Assembly (NCBI GenBank): GCA_918797485.1
Contig: CAKKNE010000004.1
Location: 2,542,001 to 2,606,000, forward strand
DNA: 64,000 bases
DNA from: Pelagomonas calceolata
Lineage: Eukaryota
Reading direction: 5' to 3'
Shown: positions 1-10,900 of the stretch, piece by piece
Numbering within the stretch: the first letter of the stretch is position 1
Layout: each line of letters starts with the position of its first letter
Program-made: the position numbers and the translations under genes
The notes under the pieces: model-generated
Seen by the model: only the letters and a program-made list of their open reading frames with translations
What the model was told of the DNA's origin: nothing
Databases searched by the model: none

Positions 1-190
1 GTAGCCCCATAAAACGCACGCAAGGGCTGCCATACGGCTGCCCCCGACGCGCGCCGCGCGGCGAAAAGGAGCGCTCCACACCGGCTCTCGTCGCGAGCGG
101 GCGAGGCAGCCGCGCGCGCGCCTCCGAGGCACAACACTCACCACAAAAGGCATCGTCGACGGCGTCTAGCCCACCGGCGCGCAGCGAAAA

Positions 191-442
191 ATGGCGGACG
201 CCGCGAGCCAGAAGCTCGCGAGCGACCTGGCGAGAGCCGAGGCGCGCAAGACATTGTGGGAGTCTGAGTTGGCGGGCCTCGCGGCGCGGCGCGAGGACGA
301 CGCCGCGGCGGCGGCGGCGGCCGTCAAGGAAAGCGTCCTCGCGCGCGAGGCCGCGGACCCGCTCATGACCGTCCACGGCGACGCCGACGGCAACCCCTAC
401 GCGCGGCCCGCGCGCGGCGGCGGCGGCTGCGCCGTCATGTGA
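191..442 (+). CDS. Heterotrimeric G-protein gamma subunit-like protein (83 aa)
   Basis: Short helical protein with the G-gamma DPL...NPY signature (DPLMTV...GNPY) and a C-terminal CaaX prenylation box (CAVM). Confidence 0.7.
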   Translation: MADAASQKLASDLARAEARKTLWESELAGLAARREDDAAAAAAAVKESVLAREAADPLMTVHGDADGNPYARPARGGGGCAVM

Positions 443-565
443 CGCTGTTCCTACCCTCCTCCCCGTCTGTGGTGTAAGGCACTGTTCTAGGTCGCGGCGC
501 GTCGGCGGCGTCGAGGCAAGTAGTAGTACGAACGCCTCCTTATGAAGCGGGGGGGGGGACAGAGC

Positions 566-1318
566 CTAGAGGCCGCGCCGCGCGTCGGCCGCCGCGCCGC
601 GCGACGCCTTCGACGCCGCGACCGCCAGGTCGCGGCGGAACTCGCGCGCGGCCTCGGGTCGCTTGGCTGCCGATTTAGGCGGCAATCGCCACGGCTCGGC
701 GTTCGCGGGGCTGAGCGGCGGCGGCGGCGAGCGCACCGGCGAGGCCGTGGACAGGAAGGCCCGCGGCGGAGGGGATAGCACGTGGGCCTTCTTCTCGCCG
801 TGGGGCCGGAGCTGCTTCGTCGGGCGCGGCACGTTCTGCGCGCCGACGCGGTGCGCTTGCGGCACGGGCGGCCGCATGTCCCGCATCGCGCCGACCGTCC
901 GCGCGCGGTTGTGGTCTTCGGCCTTCTTCGCCGACTTGGCGCCGCGGTCCGCTTTGATCTGCTGAGCCCGGTTCACCTCCTGCACGGCCGCGTCGATCTT
1001 GCCGAGCGTCGCCGCGACGGCCGCGGCCGGGAGCGAGGGCTGGCGCGGCGGCGGCGCGACCGCGGCCGAGGCCACGGGCGGCGGCAGCGGCGGCAGCGAG
1101 GCGACGGGCGGCGCCGCGATGGAGCGCCGCGGGAGCGCCGGGGCCGGCGGCGGCGGCGCTGCGGCCACGAGCTTCTCGAGCTCCTCGAGGATCACCGTGC
1201 TCTTCTGGTTGGCCTTGATGCCGCACAGCTTCGCGAGGCGCTGGAGTTCCTTGCGCGCCGGCTTCGCGGCGGCGGCGACCGCGCGTATCGCATCGATGGT
1301 GGCGTCGTCGAGCGTCAT
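566..1318 (-). CDS. Pro/Ala-rich protein with N-terminal NuSAP/SAP-like helical motif
   Basis: ATG at 1318; RKELQRLAKLCGIKANQKSTVILEEL resembles the NuSAP N-terminal motif; the rest is low-complexity and basic. Confidence 0.55.
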   Translation of the reverse strand: MTLDDATIDAIRAVAAAAKPARKELQRLAKLCGIKANQKSTVILEELEKLVAAAPPPPAPALPRRSIAAPPVASLPPLPPPVASAAVAPPPRQPSLPAAAVAATLGKIDAAVQEVNRAQQIKADRGAKSAKKAEDHNRARTVGAMRDMRPPVPQAHRVGAQNVPRPTKQLRPHGEKKAHVLSPPPRAFLSTASPVRSPPPPLSPANAEPWRLPPKSAAKRPEAAREFRRDLAVAASKASRGAAADARRGL

Positions 1319-1591
1319 CTTCGTGTCACAGCTGTTTCGTCGCACACAGGCGGTTTTGCGCGTCGCACACCGCTGAGAGTTGGTATACGCGGCGGGGGCC
1401 CAGCCGTTACTTCGGCGCAGCGTTGCGCGGGCGCGGCGTTGTCTCTCCGCGAAGCGCGGCGCGAAAAACGAGGGCCAAAAAGCAACAATCGAGGCGAATC
1501 GTGCGGCAGCGAACTGATCTAATCAGCGCACCGAGGTGTAGATGATGAATAATAGACGGGTCAAAGACGTGTCCTTTGAGGTAAATGCTTG

Positions 1592-1613
1592 CTAGTGTCT
1601 TACAGGCCGCTAG
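1592..1613 (+). promoter_or_regulatory. Recurrent intergenic CTAG-box motif
   Basis: CTAGTGTCTTACAGGCCGCTAG between divergent genes. Confidence 0.65.
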
Positions 1614-1794
1614 CTTGGCCCGCGTTTTGACTTTAAGAGCAGCTAGTGGTGGCTGTGATCGACCATCTGCGTCATACGCGACAGCACTGGCTCTCCATCG
1701 CTGCGACGCAGCGCCGTGACGCGAAAACGCTGCTCAAAAGCATCTCTATTGCTCAGTACAGCTGCCTGCCTTGTTGAGTGCTTAAATTTGAAAG

Positions 1795-3354
1795 ATGAAG
1801 CAGCAGTCCCTCCTCTCCTTGTGGGGCGCGAAACCGAAAGCCAGAAAAGCAACAGCCGGCGGCAAAGAAAACGCAAGGAAGCAGAAACGCGTCGCGCAGC
1901 CGGCCGAGCCGCCACGGGCGCCGGCCGAGCCGGCTCCAGCCGAGCCGCCGGCCGCCACGCCGCCCCCGCAAGCACAACCACCAACGGAGGACATCCCGGT
2001 CGAGAGACCAGCGGGCGCCGAGGGCATCGACCGCTCGAGCGGCGCCCTGGCGCGCGCGGCCGACCCGGTGCAGCGCGCGCGGGCGGCCGCGGCGGCCGCG
2101 CAGGCGACGGTCGTCCTGCCCGCGCACGACGGCCTGTCGCAGTACGAGCGCGAGCGGCTCGGCCGCATCGCGCGCAACGAGGCGTTCATGCAGTCCCTCG
2201 GCCTCGGCGGCGGCCTCGCCGGCGCGGCGCCGGCGCAGCGGCGCCGCGCGCCGCGGCCGCGCGCGCCGCGCGCGCCGGCGGGCCCCGCGCGGCGGTCGCC
2301 GCGCCTCGCGGGCGCGCCGGCGCCCGGCGACGCCCCTGGCAGCACCAACGACGGTGAGACCGCGAGCGCGGCGCCGCCGCCGCCTCCCACGGAACCGTCG
2401 GCCGTCGCGCCCTACCTCGCCCCGGCCGGCGCCGTCGACGTCTCGGGCGAGGACGCGACGACGTTCGCGGACGACAAGCTCAAGCGGGTCTACGCGGTCG
2501 CCGCGGCCGGGCGCCTCGTCGCCGCGGCCGGCCAGGGCGGCCGCGTCGCCGTCTTCTGCGGCCGCGCGGGCGCAGCGCCGCTCGCGTCGTTCAAGGCCCA
2601 CGGCGGCTGGGTCGGCGGCTGCGGTTTTATTGGAGCCGACAAGCTGCTCACGGCGGGCAACGACGGCCTCGTGCGCCTCTGGGACTGCGCTTCTTCTCAA
2701 AACGGGACGCTGACCAAGGTCGCCGAGGCGCAGCACGCGCGCGGCATCTGGCGCCTGGCCTGCCGCGGGGCGACGGCGGCCACGTGCGCCAAGGACGGGT
2801 GCGTCGTCGTCTGGAGCGCCGCGGCGACGGCGCTGCACGAAAGTAGAAGGTTGGAGGTGAGCGACGAGGGCTCCGTGCGGTCCGTGGCGCTCACGGATCA
2901 GGTGGTGGCGGCGGCGGCGGACGACGGCCGCGTGACGGGCTGGGACCTGCGGAGCAGCGCGCGGGCGTGGGCGCTCGACGCGCACGCCGACGGCGCGCAG
3001 TCGTGCGCGTTCCGGCCCGGCGACGCGTCGTTCGTGCTGACGGCGGGCGCCGACCGCGCCTGCAAGCTCTGGGACCTGCGCTCTTCATCAAAGCCGGTGC
3101 GCGCGTTCGACCAACATCATAGAACGGACGCGCGGCGCCGGGCGATGCACCACCCGGCCTGGCTGTCCTCCACGACCTTCGCCGTCGGCGGCGAGGGGTC
3201 GGAGCGGCTCGCGTTCTACGACGCGACCTCGGGCGCGCTGACGGCGAGCCTGGCGCTCGGGGCCGACGCGACGGCCGTCGCGCGCGTCGACGCGGCGACG
3301 GTCGCCGTCGCGACGGAGGCGTGCGACGGGGTGGCGCTCCATGCCGTCGCGTAA
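1795..3354 (+). CDS. WD40-repeat protein, WDR76/Cmr1-like
   Basis: LSQYERERLGRIARNEAFMQSLGL matches the WDR76/Cmr1 N-terminal motif; several WD repeats follow (LWD, GWD, LWD). Confidence 0.8.
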   Translation: MKQQSLLSLWGAKPKARKATAGGKENARKQKRVAQPAEPPRAPAEPAPAEPPAATPPPQAQPPTEDIPVERPAGAEGIDRSSGALARAADPVQRARAAAAAAQATVVLPAHDGLSQYERERLGRIARNEAFMQSLGLGGGLAGAAPAQRRRAPRPRAPRAPAGPARRSPRLAGAPAPGDAPGSTNDGETASAAPPPPPTEPSAVAPYLAPAGAVDVSGEDATTFADDKLKRVYAVAAAGRLVAAAGQGGRVAVFCGRAGAAPLASFKAHGGWVGGCGFIGADKLLTAGNDGLVRLWDCASSQNGTLTKVAEAQHARGIWRLACRGATAATCAKDGCVVVWSAAATALHESRRLEVSDEGSVRSVALTDQVVAAAADDGRVTGWDLRSSARAWALDAHADGAQSCAFRPGDASFVLTAGADRACKLWDLRSSSKPVRAFDQHHRTDARRRAMHHPAWLSSTTFAVGGEGSERLAFYDATSGALTASLALGADATAVARVDAATVAVATEACDGVALHAVA

Positions 3355-3380
3355 TATTGTTTATGGTGAACAGGATAACA

Positions 3381-4481
3381 TTACGCCAAAAGCGGCCCCA
3401 GCAGCTCCAACCGCCGCTGCTCGCACTCACGAATCCGGTCGAGAAACCACCTCTGGTCGCGCACGGGCAGCAGCGTGGGCACGCGGACGAGGTAGGCGCC
3501 GTGGAGAGCGCGCGTCGCGGGCCCGTCCAGCGGCTGGAAGGCCTCGCCCGGCGCCGAGCGGCACCGCGCCGCGACGATCGACTTCCGGTCGGAATTGCGA
3601 ATGTGGTCGTCGAAAAAAATGTGGTGGCAGTCGCTGCCGCGCGTGATCCAGAAGGGTTTACCGGCCGCCGGCGCCTCGTCGTGCTTGGCCCACCAGGCGT
3701 AGTCGTCCCGGATGACCGTGGCGCTCCGCGGCTCCTCCATCAACGCGACGGCGGCGGCTTCGTCGAGGCACGCGCCGCGGCCGTCGTCGTTCAGCGGCGG
3801 CGTTAGCGTGTAGCGGCCCTCCGCGTCGTATTTGCCCGCGAAGATGCGGTCGCGCTGGACCCAATCCGGCGCTTGTTGTGGGGCCTTTACGGTCGGGTGG
3901 CGGCCGGCGATCCAGGCGCGCAGAGCTAGGGCGACGGTCGGGCCGTCGGAGCCGAACGTGCGGATCACGAGGGACACGTCGCGCCCGGAGTCTAGTAGAA
4001 CCCTGAGCGTTTCGAAGAACGCGGGCAGGAAGCGGTGGTGCTGCCCGTCGTCCGTCTTGAAGCATGCATCCCAGTCTCCAGGCGGTAAGCGTAGCTGTGC
4101 AGCGAGCTCCTGTTTTATCCCAGAGAAGCGCTTGAAGGTCTCCGTGAACGTCTTGCGGTGCACCTCGTCCCAGCGAAACGCGCGCGAGCCGTCGTCGGGC
4201 TTCTCCCACCGCAGCCACAGCGCTTGCTCGGGGTCGCCCCTGTCGTCGTGTAGTGACACGCCGTCTCGCCACTCGAGCTCGTCCGGCGCCGCCGCACCGT
4301 CTTTCCACTCGTCGTGCAGTGACGCACCGTCCTTTCGTCGCACGAACGCCGTCTTGGCGAGCATCTTGTTCAGCACGTCCTCGAAGCTGTCGCCGCCCGC
4401 GGGGTCCGCGACCATGATCGTCTCGTTGACGTCGAAATGTAAGACGAGGCGCGGTGCAGCGGATGTGGTGAGGCTGGCCAT
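3381..4481 (-). CDS. Conserved hypothetical protein, possibly HAD-like fold
   Basis: Long ORF with coding-like composition; LVLHFDVNETI, IRTFG and HIFFDD resemble HAD motifs I, II and IV. Confidence 0.7.
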   Translation of the reverse strand: MASLTTSAAPRLVLHFDVNETIMVADPAGGDSFEDVLNKMLAKTAFVRRKDGASLHDEWKDGAAAPDELEWRDGVSLHDDRGDPEQALWLRWEKPDDGSRAFRWDEVHRKTFTETFKRFSGIKQELAAQLRLPPGDWDACFKTDDGQHHRFLPAFFETLRVLLDSGRDVSLVIRTFGSDGPTVALALRAWIAGRHPTVKAPQQAPDWVQRDRIFAGKYDAEGRYTLTPPLNDDGRGACLDEAAAVALMEEPRSATVIRDDYAWWAKHDEAPAAGKPFWITRGSDCHHIFFDDHIRNSDRKSIVAARCRSAPGEAFQPLDGPATRALHGAYLVRVPTLLPVRDQRWFLDRIRECEQRRLELLGPLLA

Positions 4482-4629
4482 CTTGTTTTGCAGCACGCAC
4501 GATGTCTTATTGCAGGACGCGCGCTGTGTCGATCAATGTGGTAATAGCGATCACAAAACACGCACTATCAAGTGTGGGAGTGATCAATGCGCTGATCTAA
4601 TTGCCTGCCGGCAGAGGCTGGGGGCGGAG

Positions 4630-6047
4630 ATGCTTGACGAAGTTTCTGCGGGCCCACGGATCGGCGGGCCATCCGAGCACTCCTGGCGAAGAGTCCTAGA
4701 TGGCCATTGCTTCGTGTGACCGGTAGCTTTGCGACACGGGTTTTGCACACAGAGATTTTTTGTTGCAAGGCCTGGGGCGTAGTTGACGCTTGGGGCGGCC
4801 TAAGCTCGTCTCTATCAATAAATAAGACGCGTCAAAGCCCTGACCACGCCTGTCGCGCCGCGGGCGACGACAAAAGCCAAATCTGCAGGTTCGGCTAGCC
4901 TGCCGGCGTTGCATCCGGCGCCGCCGCGGAGCTGTCGGCGGCGGCCGAGGCCGTCGCGGCGAAAAGGGCCTCGCTGAACGAGAAGGGCAAGGTGACGTTT
5001 GAAGACTTCGAGCCCCTCAAGTTATTGGGCGTGGGCGGCTTCGGCTCCGTACTACTCGTGCGGAAGAAGGACGGCAAGCAACTCTTCGCGCTCAAGGTGA
5101 TGAAGAAGGCTACGTATGCCAAGAACCGGTTGTCCGAGCACGCGTTTTTTGAGCGGAATCTGATGCTGGTTGCCAGGCATACGTTTCTCGTGAGGCTGAG
5201 ATATGCGTTCCAGAGTCGAAGGGACTTGTATTTAGTGACGGATTACTTCGCTGGAGGAAGTCTGGAGGACGCTCTCAAAAGAGTAGAAGACAGAAAAGGC
5301 TTAGGTCGAGACGCGGCTCGGTTCATCGTCGCGGAGCTGTCGCTAGGCTTGGACTACTTGCATGCAAGGGACGTCCTACACCGAGATATAAAAGCAGCAA
5401 ACGTTCTGTTAGATACGGAGGGCCACGCCCACTTGTGTGATTTTGGCCTCGCCAAATGTGTGGAAAACAACAACCAGGGCCCCAAAAGATCCTTCGCCGG
5501 GACGGTGGAGTACATGGCGCCCGAATTGTTACGTAAAGGAGACGAGGCGCCGTCGCCTGCCTTGGATTGGTGGGCCCTCGGCGTTTTGTTAGTAGAAACG
5601 TGCCAGGGCAAGACGCCTTTTAGGGCTTCTACTCCTAGACAGTTGATGCTGAACATCATCCGCGAGGCGCCGCAAATTATCGGGGACGACGAGAAATTTA
5701 GGTCAGCCGTCGAGAAGTTGTTGCATAAAAGGGCGTCGCGGCGCTTGCGGTCGGCGGCGCAGCTGGCGAAAAGACGCTTCTTCGAGCCTTTGGATTTCGC
5801 CAAGCTCGAGCGCAAGGAGCTCGTGCCGCCGTTCACGCCGCGCGCCGGCCGCGTGCCGAACGTGCCCGATCAGGGTTTGGTCAAGAAGTTCGGGCCGCAC
5901 CGGCCGAGCGACGGCGACTCGCCCCAGCAAAAGGGCGGGTCCGACGAGGTGTCGCTGTCCTTCAAGGGCGAGCAGTTCCAGGGCTTCTCGGTCTTCGCGT
6001 CGCCGGCGCCGCCCGTACGTCGCAAGAGCAGTAAGGATCTCAAATAA
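4630..6047 (+). CDS. AGC-family Ser/Thr protein kinase; 5' exon uncertain
   Basis: GVGGFG, ALK, HRDIKAAN, DFG, APE, PPFTP and hydrophobic motif FQGFS. An in-frame TAG at 4896-4898 implies an upstream exon; candidate ATG 4630 with a phase-0 GT-AG intron at 4714-4898 (tentative). Confidence 0.8.
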
Positions 6048-6077
6048 GGACTAGTCACCGATTCACAATATATCACA

Positions 6078-7568
6078 TTACTCGTCGCCCTCGCAGACGT
6101 CGCTGAAATTTTCCTCGAGAAATCCCCAGGCCGTATCGCGCGCCTCGGCGAGGGACATGTCCTTCCCTATCGAGGGTCCGCCGACGCTCTCCATCAGCTC
6201 GGCCAGCTCCTCGAGGTCCATGTCGTCTAATTCGGAGACGTTCTCCGTGTACTTGCCGCCGCCGACGTAGGCGATGCTGTCATCTTCTTCCTCTTCGTGG
6301 TCATGGTCATGGTCGTGCTCGGCGCTAAATTCCGCCTCCACGAACCGCCACGCGACATCACGAGCGTCGGCGAGGGACATCTCCTCGACGCGCGGGCCGC
6401 CAATTTCTTCCATAAGCTCTTGTAGCTGCTCAATGTTCATGGCCTCGATGTCCTCCCCCTCGTCGTCCTCACCACCGGCTGGCGTAGCCTCTCGCGAGGC
6501 GGTGGCCCACGTGGCCGAATCAGCGTCCCCCGCGACGCAAAGCGTCGTCGCGCCGGCCTGGAGAGCGGCATTGACCTCCTCCTCGTCAGCGACGCACTGC
6601 ACCACGGTCAGCGCGGCGCCGCTGATACCGTTGCACCGCGCCGCGCGCTCGAGCGCGAACGCGAGCAATTCCGAAGGCGCTCCGTCGAGGACCAACAGAT
6701 CGTACGCCCCGCCGCGAACAACTGCCTCAACCTCGGCGCGCGCCTCGGCGCCGGTGGACGCGTCGACGATGCGCCCTACGCACCTACTATCGCCGTCGAC
6801 GACGTCCCCGCCGCGCGCGATCAATGTGACAACGTCGCCCGCCGCCTCCGAGGCTTCGTCCGCGAGGAACACGGTGACGACGCCGCGCGACGCCACGTCC
6901 TGGCCGCCCCGTCTTGCGTCGAGCCAGAGCGCCGGCCTCGTCTGTAGCCGGACCGCCCCCTCGTTCTCCTCGACGAAGACGGCGCCGCGCCGCGTCAACA
7001 GCTCGTGGACCTCGCGCTTGACGACAGAGCCTGTTTTAGAGTGCTTGCCGCGGCCCGTGATGACCAGAACATCATCAGTAAGAAGGTCGCGGTGGTCGAG
7101 CAGCAACGAGACGGCCCGCGTCGCTTCAGACGGATCGAGGCCGTGCAGATCGAGCGCGCCGGTCCGCTGCGCCGCGTGGAGCGCCGCGAGGTGCGGCGAT
7201 ACCCCGTCCGCTGTGAGGGCCGCCGCGACGGCGTCGACGTCTGAAGCGGCGGCGCGAGCTCTAGCCGCGCCCGCGCGGCCGGCGAGCGCGAGCGCGGCGA
7301 CGGCGGCCGACGGCGAGTAGGCCGCGCCGCGCGCGTCGCACCACCTCAGGAGGCTCGCGACGCGGTCGCCGTCGCGCACGGCGCCGAGCGCGCGCAACGC
7401 GGCGGTGGTCTCGCCGACCGGCGGCGCGCGGTCCGCGTACTCGCGGCGCCATGCGGTTTCTGCTCTTCTTATATCGCGGCGGTCCGTGCCCGTGCTTAGA
7501 ATCTCGCGCGGCGTCGCGCGCCGGCGACCGATGCGGATGAAGACGCAGCAGAGGGGGAGGAGGAGCAT
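6078..7568 (-). CDS. Smr-domain protein with N-terminal leader and duplicated acidic C-terminal module
   Basis: LDLHGL...VLVITGRGKHS is the Smr signature; hydrophobic N-terminus; two ~43-aa repeats at the C-terminus. Confidence 0.8.
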   Translation of the reverse strand: MLLLPLCCVFIRIGRRRATPREILSTGTDRRDIRRAETAWRREYADRAPPVGETTAALRALGAVRDGDRVASLLRWCDARGAAYSPSAAVAALALAGRAGAARARAAASDVDAVAAALTADGVSPHLAALHAAQRTGALDLHGLDPSEATRAVSLLLDHRDLLTDDVLVITGRGKHSKTGSVVKREVHELLTRRGAVFVEENEGAVRLQTRPALWLDARRGGQDVASRGVVTVFLADEASEAAGDVVTLIARGGDVVDGDSRCVGRIVDASTGAEARAEVEAVVRGGAYDLLVLDGAPSELLAFALERAARCNGISGAALTVVQCVADEEEVNAALQAGATTLCVAGDADSATWATASREATPAGGEDDEGEDIEAMNIEQLQELMEEIGGPRVEEMSLADARDVAWRFVEAEFSAEHDHDHDHEEEEDDSIAYVGGGKYTENVSELDDMDLEELAELMESVGGPSIGKDMSLAEARDTAWGFLEENFSDVCEGDE

Positions 7569-7721
7569 AGTTTGCTGAAGGCTGTGTTAATCAAAGCAGC
7601 GCTCTCAGAGAGTAACCAGGCGGCCGCACCGCTCACAGATGGCTGCACTGCCTCCAACGTAGAGCCTTATCGTTGCTATGCGGCCGCACCGAGCTCCTCC
7701 CGCGAATTATGGAGATGCGGG

Positions 7722-7743
7722 CTAGCGGCCTGTAAGACACTAG
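7722..7743 (-). promoter_or_regulatory. Recurrent intergenic CTAG-box motif
   Basis: Exact reverse complement of 1592-1613, between divergent genes. Confidence 0.65.
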
Positions 7744-7932
7744 AACAAGCCGCGGCGCCTTTCCGCGCGTAACTGAGCTTCCTGTTGCACGTACGGCACG
7801 CAGCGCGCTTTTTAAAAGCAGCTCATAGCTTGGCGAAGCCTTGCTTTTAAACGCGGCGCGCCAGACGCCGTGCCCACAGAGATTGGTGGTGGCGACCAAA
7901 TCAAGGCAAATCGCCCAGACGCCACAGCAGCC

Positions 7933-10900
7933 ATGCCGGCCCGCAAAGCCAAAGTAGGAGCGAACGGAGCCCTGGTACGCCTGGGCTTCGAGAAGAGCTC
8001 GTCCAAGATCAAAGACCTCCCAGCCGGCTCGACCGTCGACGTCGTCGAGACCAAGGGCGAGCGCTGCCGATTGAGAAGCCCGGCCGGCTGGGTCTCGGCC
8101 AAAACTTTAGAATTTGAACCGGAAATGCCCCTCTCGCCCGTGTTAAGTAGGTCGCCGCCGAAAGCTATCTCCCCGCCGAAGCAAGCATTGGACGTCCAGC
8201 TCTCGCAGCGCTCGACGGCGCTCGAGAAGGCTCTGGATACGACACCGAAAGCCAAGCCCAAAAAAAGAGCAGCCAAAAAACCCAAGTCCGCGGCCTTCGA
8301 CGAGCAGGAGCCCTTTGAACTGTCCGGAGCTACTGTGCGATGCTGGGTCCATTCGAGGACGGGGTGTAGGGTGCGCCTCGTGAGCGCCCCAGGCCCCATG
8401 GCGAACCTGTATGGTGTGTTAGCGACCGAAGCTACCGAAGAGGCGTGGTGCAAGGCTGATGATGGATTACCACACACTCTAGAACACCTAGTGTTTTTGG
8501 GTAGTGAAGACTACCCCTACAAAGGCGTGTTAGATAAATTGGCCAACAGATGTCTAGCAAGAGGAACAAATGCTTGGACTGATGTGGATCACACGGCTTA
8601 TACCGTGACGACCGCGGGCACGCAAGGGCTGTTGAATTTATTACCTATCTATGTCGATCATATGTTACGACCGACGTTGACGGACGAAGGCTTCGTGACG
8701 GAGATCCACCACGTCACGGGAGAAGGAGAAAACAAGGGCGTCGTCTACTGCGAGATGCAGGGGCGCGAGAATTCCGCCGAATCTGTTGCCGAGAGAGCTT
8801 GCCTCGGGGCGTTATATGCCAAGACGGGCTACGCTTCCGAGACGGGCGGCATCTGCGATAACATCCGCAAACTGGAGAACAAGACGATCCAGCGGTACCA
8901 TGCGGAATTTTATCGGGCCGAGAACCTGTGTCTGATCGTCACCGGGGGGGTCGACGCGGGCCAATTACTAGACGTGGTGGACGAGGCCTTAGCTCGATCC
9001 TGGCCTGCCGAGAAAGTATCTTCATCAAAAGGTTTAACGAGGCCCTGGACGACACCAGTGCCTCCCCCGTCATTACCCTATACTTCTAGAGACGTAGTGT
9101 TCCCCTCAGCAGACGAGGAAACGGGATTAGTCGTCTGTGGCTGGCGCGCGTCGAAATACGGCGACCCTCACACCGATTGTAGGGCCACATTACTCTGGCA
9201 GTATCTCTGCGACGGCGCCGCCTCACCCATGACGAAAAAGTTCGTCGACGAAGGTCTTTGTAGCGGCGTGTTTCCCTCCGGAGACACGTTCAGGGTAGGC
9301 TACCGCCAGGTCTGGTTCGACGACGTCGCTACTGACTCGTTAGAAAGGGTCCAAGCCGAGTTCGACGCTGCACTAGTAGAGCAATCAAAGAAGGGCATCG
9401 ATCCCACGCGCATGCGGGACATCATCGCGAGGCAGAAACGGAAGACGCTCGCGGCCTGCGAGGACGACCCCTGTGCGTTGTTAGTCTCCCCTGTTCTGAA
9501 GCATTTCATCTACGCTGATCAGAGGGATGAGACTTCTACTTTGAAGGAGCTGGGCGACGCCCTAGGGTTGTTGGAGTACGCCCAAGCCTTAGATACGGCG
9601 ACGTGGGACGCGGATTTGCAGAAGCTGGCCTCGTCTGCTGATGAACGAGTCTGGGTCATCTCTAGGCCGTCCGCGGCGGAAGCGTCTAGACAGAGAGACG
9701 AGGAGGAGTCGAGGAAGCAAGCGACGATCAAGAGGGAAGGTCCTGAAGGTCTGAAAGCTCTCCAAGATAAGTTAGACAAGGCCCAAGAAGTTAACGAGCG
9801 CGACATACCCTCGGAGATGCTCAGCTGCGTCCCGGAGCCAGACCTCGAGGAGGCCACGACGCAATTGTTTGATGTCCAGAGCTTTCCCGGTTCAACGACG
9901 TTAACGAAGAGCGCCGAGGCGTGGGTGTCTCCGGGCCAGCAGTGGGCCCTGGACCACGTCGCCGGGACGCAGTTTTGTAGGGTTGATGTCTGCTGCGATA
10001 CACGTGGTCTAGCACCTGAGTTGCGGGAGTTCCTACCTCTACTCTCAGAAGTGCTGCTGAAGGCGCCGACGTACGATGACCAAGGTAACGTAGTCAGCGC
10101 GGACGACAACATCTCCCAGCTCAGACGAAGAACCGTTTCTTATGGATGCGGCACCGGATTGTTAGGCTCAGGGACGTCGTGGGGCTTCTTTGTGGGATGT
10201 AAAGTGGATAGAGCCTCCGAATCTTATCAAGGGGGCGCGGACATCGTGCGTACGATCTTAACGCAGACTGATATATTTGATGAGGCAAGAGTCGACCAAG
10301 CCGTCGCAAAGATGTCTCTCGAATTACAATCGGCGTTGCGGGACGGGGGCACCGTCGCGAGGATGGCTTTACATGCGTTAGTCTTCGACCGCGTGGCGGA
10401 CAACGGCGCTCTGTTGGCCTATGCTGCTCAAAGAGCATTTTTGAGAGAAGCTCGATTCTCCTTGTCGAAGCTCGGGACGTTGTTGGGAAGAAGAAAACAG
10501 TTTATGAGGGACTTTGGTGCATTAGCACTGGCGCTCTTCGACCCGACGACTCAGATCAGTCGGGTGGCCGGCGATCTACTAGGTGGAGTGAACCCCATCT
10601 CTGCAGAGTCGTTGGACACTCTATCTCAAACTCCGTCGAAAGCCAAGGAGGCCTTCCAGAAGAGATGCGACCAGATAGGCACTCGTAAAGCACCGCGTAG
10701 CGAACCAGCGAAACCGCAACAGATAAGGTGGGGCCGCCTCACCGTCGTAGGAGTCGGTTCCTTGGAAGGCGGCTCGGCGTTCCTGAATCGCTGCGCGCTG
10801 GGGCCCTCGGCCAATGACCCCCTGAAATGGTCGGCGTCGCTGGCAGTAGCATTGGAGTACCTCAATGCCTTAGAGGGCGACTTCTGGGTCAAGATTCGGG

